64,000 nt of DNA from Eubacteriales bacterium (GTDB taxonomy: Bacteria > Bacillota > Clostridia > Oscillospirales > CAG-272): assembly GCA_045638385.1 (NCBI GenBank), contig JAZUBI010000117.1, positions 29,398 through 93,397 on the forward strand. Direction: 5' to 3'. This document shows, piece by piece, positions 54,827 to 62,176 of this stretch. A model generated the notes under the pieces. That model was not told the origin of the DNA, searched no databases, and was given only the letters and a program-made list of their open reading frames with translations. Each line of letters opens with the position of its first letter. Position 1 is the first letter of the stretch. Position numbers and translations under genes: made by a program.

Positions 54827-57595
54827 TTAGTTAAACAAAACGATCTTGCACTCGCCCCACATACCGCTCTTTTGAGGATTTTCTCCCTTTTCATTTTTAC
54901 GGAAATAATCGAGTGAGACAGTATTCATAAGCGTGCTTGCAACCGACACAGAGAGTGTATTCACACCCTGCTTTAAAGCGCAGGTTATATCGGTCTCCTG
55001 CTTTACGGGGTCAACGCAATCAAACAAAACACCGTTCACATACACGTCGTATGTGTCGCAAATAAATTCAGGCTTGAAGATAGCCCTTTCGGGTAAATTA
55101 TCAAGCACGAATTCGGTATCGTATTTGCCTATGCCGCATATTTTCTCCCACTCGGGCTTGATCTCATACCACGGTAAGAGTCTATCAAGCTTGACGGTCT
55201 CTTCATCTCTCCATACAGACTCATAAAAGGTCGATGAAGTGTTTTCAGGTGCATTTACAGACCTTATCGAAAGCATCCAATTATTAAGAGAGAGTGTTTT
55301 GCAAATAGAAAGCTTTTCCTTGATCTCTCCGCTGATACCGAAGCTCTCTGCCTCTGCACACTCAAGAACAGCAATTATCTTTGCCTCGTCCTTTGAAAGC
55401 TCAAGATTTATGACTGTTCGACCACCACGCTCGGCACTCTCAAGCTGAACCGCCTTGCAAGAATAGGGATCTATCTCATAAACCGTACCGATGGCATCAA
55501 GAGAGATCTCTCCGCTATACTCCCTCATAAATTTCTCTTTATCTATAAAGGGATATGCGCTTCCGCTCACGCAGTAGCCCACTGTATGCGTGTTATAGAT
55601 GAAATAGAAGGCCGCGCCGTCAATGCAAAGTCTGACAGGTCTTATTTCGCAAGGCTTTTCGGGCATAACGCAAGGCAGGATCGCGCTCTCTTTAAGTATA
55701 CGCGGCACATCGTGAATATCCTCAACAAAAATGTAATTGATATACGAAATAAGCACTCTGAGCTCACTATCGCTATGCGACTCGCTTGCAAAATAGCACT
55801 TGTCGGGTATACGTCCGACGAAAACCACGGGTAGCCCGCATTTATTGTATTCTAACAGCTTTTGTGCACCGTAATAATCAATGTATTCCTCATTATTAAC
55901 GATTATAGCGCGATAAGCAGCACCGTCAGGATCAAATACACCGTCTACAACCCTTGCATTTTTGTGAGACATCAACGAGGGTGACAAAAACTCATAAGTA
56001 TAGCCCGCATCGTTAAGAGCATTATCATCGCAATACAGATATCCGCCGTCAAACGCGCCCCTAAAGCAGTTGTTTTTGTATTCATGGCGATACACAGCTA
56101 CATCGAGCTTATGTGTGCTCCTCATCAGGAAATTCATTCTCGAAACCGCATCAAGCATCTGCTTCTGCGCACGAATATTGAGTGTTCTGTTCCAGGCATT
56201 TGCCCATTGAGGCTTGGAAAACCCTTCAAATCCAGGCCAATGAATACGGGGACCAACACCGTTTTCGTTCCCCTCACCGTCGAAATATCCGCAATAGTTT
56301 GCGCCGTGAAGCACCTGCGAATTCATTCCGCCTGCATAAGAACGCTTTATCCACCAAAGAATATCCTCGTGGGTCTGTCCGTACCCGTTCCAGGACTCCG
56401 CGGCGCATTCGTATGAATAAACGTCCTTTCTGTCCAAATGGACAGCCGCGCTCATATTTCTGAAATTATCAAGCACGGGACGACCAAGCGGCTCATTTTC
56501 AGGCACACCAACGTACAGTGCGCTCGACTCAGCCTCAAGATTTTTATTATACGCCACCTGATAACGCACCGTGAGCCCCATTTTTTCGGCTCTTGACTGC
56601 ATATACTCAAGGTGCTCGTGAGTGTAGCCCTGATTTATCACGTCAAAAAAATCGTGATTTACACGAACGAATTTATCTCTGTCCGAAAGATAGTATCCCG
56701 AAATCTGCGTAGGCGGGAAAACACCTCTGTTTCTGTCACCGTTGCCAACCGTCATTATATTTCCGAGACACGGAAGATACGGAATAATACTGTACCCCTT
56801 TTCTCTCTCGAATCTCTCGGGAAAATCTCTCGTCCATTCAAGCCTTACTATATATTCGAGCGAATCGCAGAAAAGGCACTCAATAATGTCCGAGTATTCT
56901 TCAAATTCGGGCATTATCTCCTTTTCCCACACATCCATTATAGCATCGGTTCCAGCCTTAGAAAAATGATCCACAACGTAGAACATACCCGAATTTATGC
57001 GAAGCACGCTGGGCTTATCAAAGAAAGAAAACAGCACGTACTCCGAGTCATCGGGAGCCTTAAGCGAAACCGAATCGCAAAGCGGCAAGGGGGTATAGCT
57101 CGACAGATCTATCTCCTTTTCACCCGTCTTTTTGTACATAGCCAATGAGATAAGGCGTTGATACGGAGTTCCCTTATCGACCTCGGGCTTGGGTATCTCG
57201 CCGTTATATTCCTCGCCCGGCATCAAGATTTTCATTCCGTATGCGAGCTCGCGGATAACACTTTCGTCATCGGGGCTTTGTGCGTGAATATCCGCAATAG
57301 GCCATGACGGACCGTTCGCAAAGTCAACGGTCATGGAATGCTTTTTAGCCTCTCGAAGAAGGATCTTCATCGCCTCGATCCAAGCCTTGGAGCCCCACAT
57401 GTTTTCTCGATTGTAAAAGCCGTACTCAATGCTCTCTCGCATCGTAACGACCTCAACACCCCCAAATCCTCTCGCGGCAAGGTCTGCAATATCCTTGACA
57501 ATTCCACTCTCGCTTACAACAGCGTGCGGCATCCAATATCGCACCTTGGGCCTGCATTTACCCTCGGGGAATTTGAATTTATCGAACCATCTCAT
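54827..57595 (-). CDS. large glycoside hydrolase-like protein (GH106-like N-terminus, jelly-roll C-terminus)
   Basis: N-terminal ...RPKVRYWMPHA...IADLAARGFGGVEVV and C-terminal ...YVNGVLFDCVDP..DITCALKQGVNTLSVSV resemble the rhamnosidase-related glycosyl-hydrolase family as I remember it. Not verified. Confidence 0.5.
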   Translation of the reverse strand: MRWFDKFKFPEGKCRPKVRYWMPHAVVSESGIVKDIADLAARGFGGVEVVTMRESIEYGFYNRENMWGSKAWIEAMKILLREAKKHSMTVDFANGPSWPIADIHAQSPDDESVIRELAYGMKILMPGEEYNGEIPKPEVDKGTPYQRLISLAMYKKTGEKEIDLSSYTPLPLCDSVSLKAPDDSEYVLFSFFDKPSVLRINSGMFYVVDHFSKAGTDAIMDVWEKEIMPEFEEYSDIIECLFCDSLEYIVRLEWTRDFPERFEREKGYSIIPYLPCLGNIMTVGNGDRNRGVFPPTQISGYYLSDRDKFVRVNHDFFDVINQGYTHEHLEYMQSRAEKMGLTVRYQVAYNKNLEAESSALYVGVPENEPLGRPVLDNFRNMSAAVHLDRKDVYSYECAAESWNGYGQTHEDILWWIKRSYAGGMNSQVLHGANYCGYFDGEGNENGVGPRIHWPGFEGFSKPQWANAWNRTLNIRAQKQMLDAVSRMNFLMRSTHKLDVAVYRHEYKNNCFRGAFDGGYLYCDDNALNDAGYTYEFLSPSLMSHKNARVVDGVFDPDGAAYRAIIVNNEEYIDYYGAQKLLEYNKCGLPVVFVGRIPDKCYFASESHSDSELRVLISYINYIFVEDIHDVPRILKESAILPCVMPEKPCEIRPVRLCIDGAAFYFIYNTHTVGYCVSGSAYPFIDKEKFMREYSGEISLDAIGTVYEIDPYSCKAVQLESAERGGRTVINLELSKDEAKIIAVLECAEAESFGISGEIKEKLSICKTLSLNNWMLSIRSVNAPENTSSTFYESVWRDEETVKLDRLLPWYEIKPEWEKICGIGKYDTEFVLDNLPERAIFKPEFICDTYDVYVNGVLFDCVDPVKQETDITCALKQGVNTLSVSVASTLMNTVSLDYFRKNEKGENPQKSGMWGECKIVLFN

Positions 57596-57627
57596 AAAAA
57601 CACCACCTTCATAACGGTTATAAGAGA

Positions 57628-57655
57628 ATTATACCATATTTAAGCATTTTTTCAA
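57628..57655 (-). promoter_or_regulatory. SigA-type promoter (TTGAAA-16-TATAAT, TG-extended)
   Basis: Minus strand reads TTGAAAaaatgcttaaatatggTATAAT. Confidence 0.65.
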
Positions 57656-57697
57656 TTACATTAAGAAAAAAATACATCTGCAAAACAAAAAACTACA

Positions 57698-57726
57698 TTG
57701 ACATTTTCACCACGCTGAATTATAAT
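57698..57726 (+). promoter_or_regulatory. SigA-type promoter (TTGACA-17-TATAAT)
   Basis: TTGACAttttcaccacgctgaatTATAAT. Confidence 0.75.
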
Positions 57727-57755
57727 TAAATTACAATTATATTATGAGGTGAAGT

Positions 57756-59414
57756 ATGTTAAAGATCAAATTGACATCATCGCTTGAAAAGGTATTCAAG
57801 GATTCAAGCTTTGAGTCCGTAAGCGAAATATCCAAGCTTTCCGCTCTGAAAAACGAACGCATTTCCTTTCAGGTTGCCGCAGAGATAGTCGATACAAATG
57901 TCTTCTCGGAGCAATACTCTATAGAGCTTTCGGGCAAGCTGTCTGAGTACGCAACGATAAGAGAGGTAATAAGCGTTCCCGTAACACTTGCTACCTTCCC
58001 CTGCGGATTTAGCGACGATAATCTTTTAAGAACCACCCCGGGTCTCTACCCTGATCTTCTTATGCCGCTCAGATACAGCAATACTCTCCGCGTAAATAAG
58101 GATTTCGTTTCATCGGTATGGATCGAGCTTGATCTCCGAAGTGTCGAGAATCCTCATATCGGAAAGCTCCCTCTCACAGTTAAATTTTCAAATGAAAAGG
58201 AATCAGCCGAGACGACGCTTGACATCGAGATCATAAATGCCCATCTTCCGGACGAGGATATAACCTTTTCCGAGTGGTTTCATACAGACTGCCTTGCAAA
58301 TTATTACAACATAGAGGCTTTTTCCGAAAAGCATTGGGAAATAATCGAGAACTTCGCGCGCACAGCCAAATCAAACGGCATAAATCTTCTTCTGACCCCA
58401 ACATTTACACCTCCTCTTGACACCGCAGTTGGAGGCGAAAGACTTACAACACAGCTCATCGGTGTAACAAAAAACGGTGACGGATATACTTTTGATTTTT
58501 CTCTTCTTGACAGATGGATCGAGATGTGTGATCGCATTGGCATCAAGTACTTTGAAATCGCGCATTTCTTCACACAGTGGGGCGCAAATCACGCTCCCAA
58601 GGTCATGGCAAACGTCAACGGAGAATATAAAAAGATCTTTGGCTGGGAAACAGATGCAACCGATCCCGAATATACATCCTTCCTCCGCTCATTTATCAAG
58701 GCATTCCTTGAGCATATGAAGGCTCGCGGCGATGATAAGAGATGCTTCTTCCACATTTCCGACGAGCCGAAATTAGAGCAGCTTGAAAGCTACAAGGCTG
58801 CAAAGGACTCTATAAAGGATCTCCTTGTCGGCTACCCCATAATGGACGCCATCTCGAACTATGAATTTTACAAGGATAAAATCGTAGATCTGCCGATTCC
58901 CACAAACAATCATATAGCTCCATTCCTCGAAAACAATGTTCAAAACCTCTGGACGTACTATTGTTGCGGTCAGTGGGACAAGGTCTCCAACCGCTTCATT
59001 GCGATGCCGAGCGCGCGTAACCGCTCGATCGGTATGCAGATGTATAAGCACTCAATAGTCGGTTTTTTGCATTGGGGATATAACTTCTATAACACACAGC
59101 ATTCACACTCACCCATCGATCCCTATCGCGACACATCGGGTGACGGATGGGTACCCGCAGGCGATTGCTTCTCTGTATACCCTGCCCCCGACGGAACTGC
59201 ATATGAAACGATGCGAATCATCGTCTTCTACGAAGCGCTCCAGGATATAAAGGCTATGAAGCTTGCAGAAAAGCTCTGCGGTAAAGAAGCCGTGGTAAAC
59301 GCCATCGAATCGGCATTTGGCCGCACAATATCGTTTGACGAATGCGCTCGTACACCTGATGAAATACTCCGAGTACGTGAGAAAGTAAACAACCTAATAA
59401 AAGAAAACGTGTAA
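57756..59414 (+). CDS. DUF4091-like glycoside-hydrolase-domain protein
   Basis: Cytoplasmic (no signal peptide), 552 aa. The TIM-barrel-like central region (NLLLTPTFTPPLDT..., FEIAHFFTQWGA) matches DUF4091 as recalled. Weakly supported. Confidence 0.5.
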   Translation: MLKIKLTSSLEKVFKDSSFESVSEISKLSALKNERISFQVAAEIVDTNVFSEQYSIELSGKLSEYATIREVISVPVTLATFPCGFSDDNLLRTTPGLYPDLLMPLRYSNTLRVNKDFVSSVWIELDLRSVENPHIGKLPLTVKFSNEKESAETTLDIEIINAHLPDEDITFSEWFHTDCLANYYNIEAFSEKHWEIIENFARTAKSNGINLLLTPTFTPPLDTAVGGERLTTQLIGVTKNGDGYTFDFSLLDRWIEMCDRIGIKYFEIAHFFTQWGANHAPKVMANVNGEYKKIFGWETDATDPEYTSFLRSFIKAFLEHMKARGDDKRCFFHISDEPKLEQLESYKAAKDSIKDLLVGYPIMDAISNYEFYKDKIVDLPIPTNNHIAPFLENNVQNLWTYYCCGQWDKVSNRFIAMPSARNRSIGMQMYKHSIVGFLHWGYNFYNTQHSHSPIDPYRDTSGDGWVPAGDCFSVYPAPDGTAYETMRIIVFYEALQDIKAMKLAEKLCGKEAVVNAIESAFGRTISFDECARTPDEILRVREKVNNLIKENV

Positions 59415-59416
59415 AC

Positions 59417-59465
59417 AAAAAATACCGGCGAAACGGGCTGTACTCTTAAGGACAGTTTTGGAAAG
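59417..59465. repeat. left copy of ~48-nt inverted repeat (AAAAAATACCGGCGA...ACTCTTAAGGACAGTTTTGGAAA)
   Basis: Begins 3 nt after the stop of the 57756..59414 gene. Its partner is at 60274..60322. Confidence 0.75.
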
Positions 59466-59496
59466 TCAATGGAATAGGTTACCTACCGACAGGAAA

Positions 59497-59530
59497 GGAC
59501 GGAAAATTCTAACAATTTCCCGTCCTTTTT
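59497..59530 (+). terminator. intrinsic terminator
   Basis: GGACGGAAAATT/AATTTCCCGTCC stem (one mismatch) followed by T5. Confidence 0.75.
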
Positions 59531-59539
59531 ATACGATCA

Positions 59540-59740
59540 TCAAATATAAACTTTATTTTCAACAATATTTCCTTCTTTGTTTTCTGGATCAAATTCAGGA
59601 AAACAAAGCAAATAGTAGTCACACTCGTCGCAACAACATTCAAAGCCTTGTTCTCCGTTGCCAAGACAAACGGCAGGTTGTCCTGGCGTGAGTTCTATGC
59701 CAGTAATATCAATAACCTTTTTTGGAATATGCTTGCTCAT
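59540..59740 (-). CDS. 66-aa cysteine-rich small protein, unknown function
   Basis: Translates to MSKHIPKKVIDITGIELTPGQPAVCLGNGEQGFECCCDECDYYLLCFPEFDPENKEGNIVENKVYI. Strong RBS AGGAGGATAT-ATG. The listed 105-aa ORF start at 59857 lies inside the leader RNA. Confidence 0.65.
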   Translation of the reverse strand: MSKHIPKKVIDITGIELTPGQPAVCLGNGEQGFECCCDECDYYLLCFPEFDPENKEGNIVENKVYI

Positions 59741-59969
59741 ATATCCTCCTATCAGCATACAAAAAGTGCGCCAACCGAAGTCAGCGCACCGAAAAACGCG
59801 AACTCCAAGTTGTCGCCAAACGAACTTATACGCAGATAGGTATTTTAACACCATCAAACGGGAGTCGCATTTTTACCAAATGTCTATCGTTTAATGATGT
59901 GCGAAAAAGGGTATAGTTATTCCCTAAAGAAAAATATACCTATCAGCGCGATTATTAAGTTCGTTTGGC
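59741..59969 (-). promoter_or_regulatory. structured 5' leader (riboswitch-like, unclassified) with intrinsic terminator
   Basis: 14-bp P1 (59815..59828 with 59956..59969) extended by a 13-bp helix (59831..59843 with 59936..59948). This is followed by the terminator at 59761..59790 and then the RBS. Confidence 0.5.
59761..59790 (-). terminator. leader (attenuator) terminator
   Basis: Minus-strand RNA GGUGCGCUGAC-UUCG-GUUGGCGCAC followed by U5, lying 20 nt upstream of the SD. Confidence 0.7.
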
Positions 59970-59975
59970 ACTATT

Positions 59976-60004
59976 ATTATATCACGTTTTTTTCGTTTTG
60001 TAAA
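59976..60004 (-). promoter_or_regulatory. SigA-type promoter (TTTACA-17-TGaTATAAT) driving the leader and small ORF
   Basis: Minus strand reads TTTACAaaacgaaaaaaacgtgaTATAAT. The predicted start falls at the first base of P1. Confidence 0.75.
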
Positions 60005-60043
60005 TATATCTGATGAATTTTTCTAAATTACCTTCCGGGAGGT

Positions 60044-60181
60044 AAAAAAGCCTCCCTTGTGTAAAGGGAGGTGCCACGGCTTGCCGTGACGGAGGGATTG
60101 TCGAAGATTAGATTTACGCTAAAACAATCCCTCAGCCGCCTTCGGCGTCAGCTCCCTTTGCACAAGGGAGCCTTTTCTTTT
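60044..60181. repeat. pseudo-symmetric imperfect palindrome of five hairpins
   Basis: H1 CCTCCCTT/AAGGGAGG, H2 CACGG/CCGTG, central H3 GAGGGATTGT/ACAATCCCTC, H4 GCCG/CGGC, H5 GCTCCCTT/AAGGGAGC. It is flanked by A6 and a T-rich tract. Confidence 0.8.
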
Positions 60182-60241
60182 GTTCATCTATGACTTGTCA
60201 ATTTTCCTGACAAGCACTGCTTTTGTGTACACAAAAGCAAA

Positions 60242-60277
60242 ATACGGCATACCTCTTTCGAGATATGCCGTATTTTT
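60242..60277. terminator. intrinsic terminator downstream of the suf genes (palindromic)
   Basis: ATACGGCATA/TATGCCGTAT 10-bp stem flanked by A4 and T5. Confidence 0.75.
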
Positions 60278-60322
60278 GAAAACTGTCCTTTAGAGTGACG
60301 CTCTAAATCGCCGGTCTTTTTT
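60274..60322. repeat. right copy of ~48-nt inverted repeat
   Basis: Its reverse complement reads AAAAAAGACCGGCGATTTAGAGCGTCACTCTAAAGGACAGTTTTCAAAA. It overlaps the stop codon of the 60321..61253 gene. Confidence 0.75.
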
Positions 60323-61253
60323 ATTTCAAGAATCCGTTAATGATCTCTTCCTCTGCCTGCTTCTCATCAAGTCCAAGAGTCATAAGCTTTATAAGCTGTT
60401 CTCCCGCAATCTTTCCGATAGCCGCCTCGTGGATAAGTGAAGCCTCTGTGTTGTTTGCAACAATCTTAGGCACTGCAACAACAGACGCGTTATCCATAAT
60501 AATTGCATCACACTCGGTATGTCCCGAGCAACGCGCATTGCCTGCAACGTCGGATATGAAGAGCTGACGCGAGTTGTCCTTTGCAACAGAACGGGAAACA
60601 ACGTGCGTACCGCAATCGTCACCCTGAAGATCAACGTTGAACTCGGTCTCCGCAAACTGCTCGCCGTGAGTCATGATCTTCTCGTGAACTATCAAGGTCG
60701 ATTTAGCCTTAAGAACGGCATCGGTTCTGCGCTTGGTTGAGTCAACGCCCTTGATCTGAGTCGTTTCCATCTCCATATACGCTCCCTCGTCAAGCTCAAC
60801 AACGGTATGGGGATTCATAATGTTCTTTCCGTTTCCGTCACCGTCTCCGAAATGCTTTTCAACGTATTTAACCTTTGCGTTCTTTCCAACGTAAAAGCTG
60901 TGGATTCCGCTATGCTCACTATCCTGAACACCGCAATTATGGATTCCGCATCCGGCAATGATAAGAACGTCTGCCCCGTCACCTATATGAAAATCATTAT
61001 ATACAAGCTCTCTAAGACCGCTCTCTGCCAGGATAACGGGGATATGCACGCTCTCGCGCTTGGTTCCCGCCTTGATATAAATATCAATTCCGGGCTTGTC
61101 CGTCTTTTTTTCGATAACGATGTTTTCGGAGGAGTTCTTTCCAAACATCTCTCCATCGACTCTGAGCGAATATGCACCCTGAGGAACGCCCTCAAGGTCA
61201 GCAACCTCGCGGAGCAGATTAAGCTTAAGACTGTCAAGCTTCTTCTCTGCCAT
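60321..61253 (-). CDS. SufB/SufD family Fe-S cluster assembly protein
   Basis: C-terminal ...SRQLFISD..A.CSGHTECDAIIMDNASVVAVPKIVANNTEASLIHEAAIGKIAGEQLIKLMTLGL is typical of the SufBD beta-helix. Its ATG overlaps the sufC stop (TAATG). Confidence 0.7.
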   Translation of the reverse strand: MAEKKLDSLKLNLLREVADLEGVPQGAYSLRVDGEMFGKNSSENIVIEKKTDKPGIDIYIKAGTKRESVHIPVILAESGLRELVYNDFHIGDGADVLIIAGCGIHNCGVQDSEHSGIHSFYVGKNAKVKYVEKHFGDGDGNGKNIMNPHTVVELDEGAYMEMETTQIKGVDSTKRRTDAVLKAKSTLIVHEKIMTHGEQFAETEFNVDLQGDDCGTHVVSRSVAKDNSRQLFISDVAGNARCSGHTECDAIIMDNASVVAVPKIVANNTEASLIHEAAIGKIAGEQLIKLMTLGLDEKQAEEEIINGFLK

Positions 61254-61984
61254 TATTCCTCACCTCCGCTCGCATATTTGCACGCCGCCTGAGCTGACAA
61301 AAGCTCGGGCAGAATCTCGTCCTTAGTTCCGTATGCGGCGATCTTGCCGTCCGCAATAACGATGATCTTATCAGCTATATCAAGTATCCTCTCCTGGTGA
61401 GAAATGATAAGAATATTTCCGTGAGTCTTCTCGTGCATCTTTTCAAATACCTTGATAAGATTGTTAAAGCTCCAAAGGTCTATTCCCGCCTCAGGCTCAT
61501 CGAATACGGAGAACTTAGTTCCGCGCGCGTTGATCATAGCGATCTCGATCCTCTTAAGCTCGCCTCCCGAAAGAGACTCGTTGATCTCGCGGTTAACGTA
61601 TTCCTTAGCGCAAAGACCGACCTCGGAAAGATACTTGCAAGCCTCTGCAACAGAGATCTTCTCGCCTGCCGCCAAAGAGATCATATCCTTTACGGTAATA
61701 CCCTTAAAGCGCACGGGCTGCTGGAATGCAAAGCTGATACCTGCCTTTGCCCTCTCCGTAATATTCATATCCGATATATCAACTCCGTCAAGAAGTATCT
61801 GACCGGAATCTGCTTTATATATTCCCGCGATAAGCTTTGCAAGCGTAGACTTACCCGAACCGTTAGGTCCCGTTACCGCGACAAATCTTTCATTTATTGT
61901 TACGCTCACGTCGTCAAGTATCTTTATTTGCTTACCTGTTTTCTCATCCGTGACCGTATAAGTAAGATTTTTTATCTCTAACAT
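61253..61984 (-). CDS. sufC: SufC-like Fe-S cluster assembly ATPase
   Basis: GPNGSGKSTLAKLIAG, LSGGELKRIEIAM, FDEPEAGIDL and ISHQERIL motifs. Length of 243 aa fits. Confidence 0.7.
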   Translation of the reverse strand: MLEIKNLTYTVTDEKTGKQIKILDDVSVTINERFVAVTGPNGSGKSTLAKLIAGIYKADSGQILLDGVDISDMNITERAKAGISFAFQQPVRFKGITVKDMISLAAGEKISVAEACKYLSEVGLCAKEYVNREINESLSGGELKRIEIAMINARGTKFSVFDEPEAGIDLWSFNNLIKVFEKMHEKTHGNILIISHQERILDIADKIIVIADGKIAAYGTKDEILPELLSAQAACKYASGGEE

Positions 61985-62041
61985 TTAAAGTAAAAGTTCC
62001 CCTTTCATTAAAAAGTCCGCAGAGCCACCTCTGCCGTGTAT

Positions 62042-62070
62042 TATTTTACCACAAAATCCATTTTAAATCA
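62042..62070 (-). promoter_or_regulatory. SigA-type promoter (TTGATT-17-TAAAAT, TG-extended) for sufC
   Basis: Minus strand reads TTGATTtaaaatggattttgtggTAAAAT. Confidence 0.6.
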
Positions 62071-62130
62071 ATAGAAAAATCAAAAATATTTTAATATTTA
62101 CCATTTAGGTATACATTATTCAAAATTTAG

Positions 62131-62160
62131 TAAAAAAGGACGGGAATTTCCTTCCCGTCC
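62131..62160 (-). terminator. intrinsic terminator after trxB
   Basis: GGACGGGAA/TTCCCGTCC stem followed by U6 on the minus strand. Confidence 0.8.
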
Positions 62161-62176
62161 AATTCTTTTACAATTT

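Noticed and set aside
59741-59969. Assigning the leader to the purine riboswitch class because of UAAUAAUCGCGCUGAUAGGUAU (resembling UAUAAUCGCGUGGAUAUGGC), or to a T-box
   Set aside because: The similarity stops after about 20 nt. The expected P2/P3 complements, the GUUUCUACC and CCGUAAAU junction elements, and the T-box consensus are all absent.
60044-60307. Hairpin cluster as a CRISPR array or integron attC site
   Set aside because: There are no regularly spaced identical direct repeats with unique spacers and no cas genes. There is no integrase and no GTTRRRY-type core sites, and I believe integrons are uncommon in Firmicutes. The hairpins differ in sequence.
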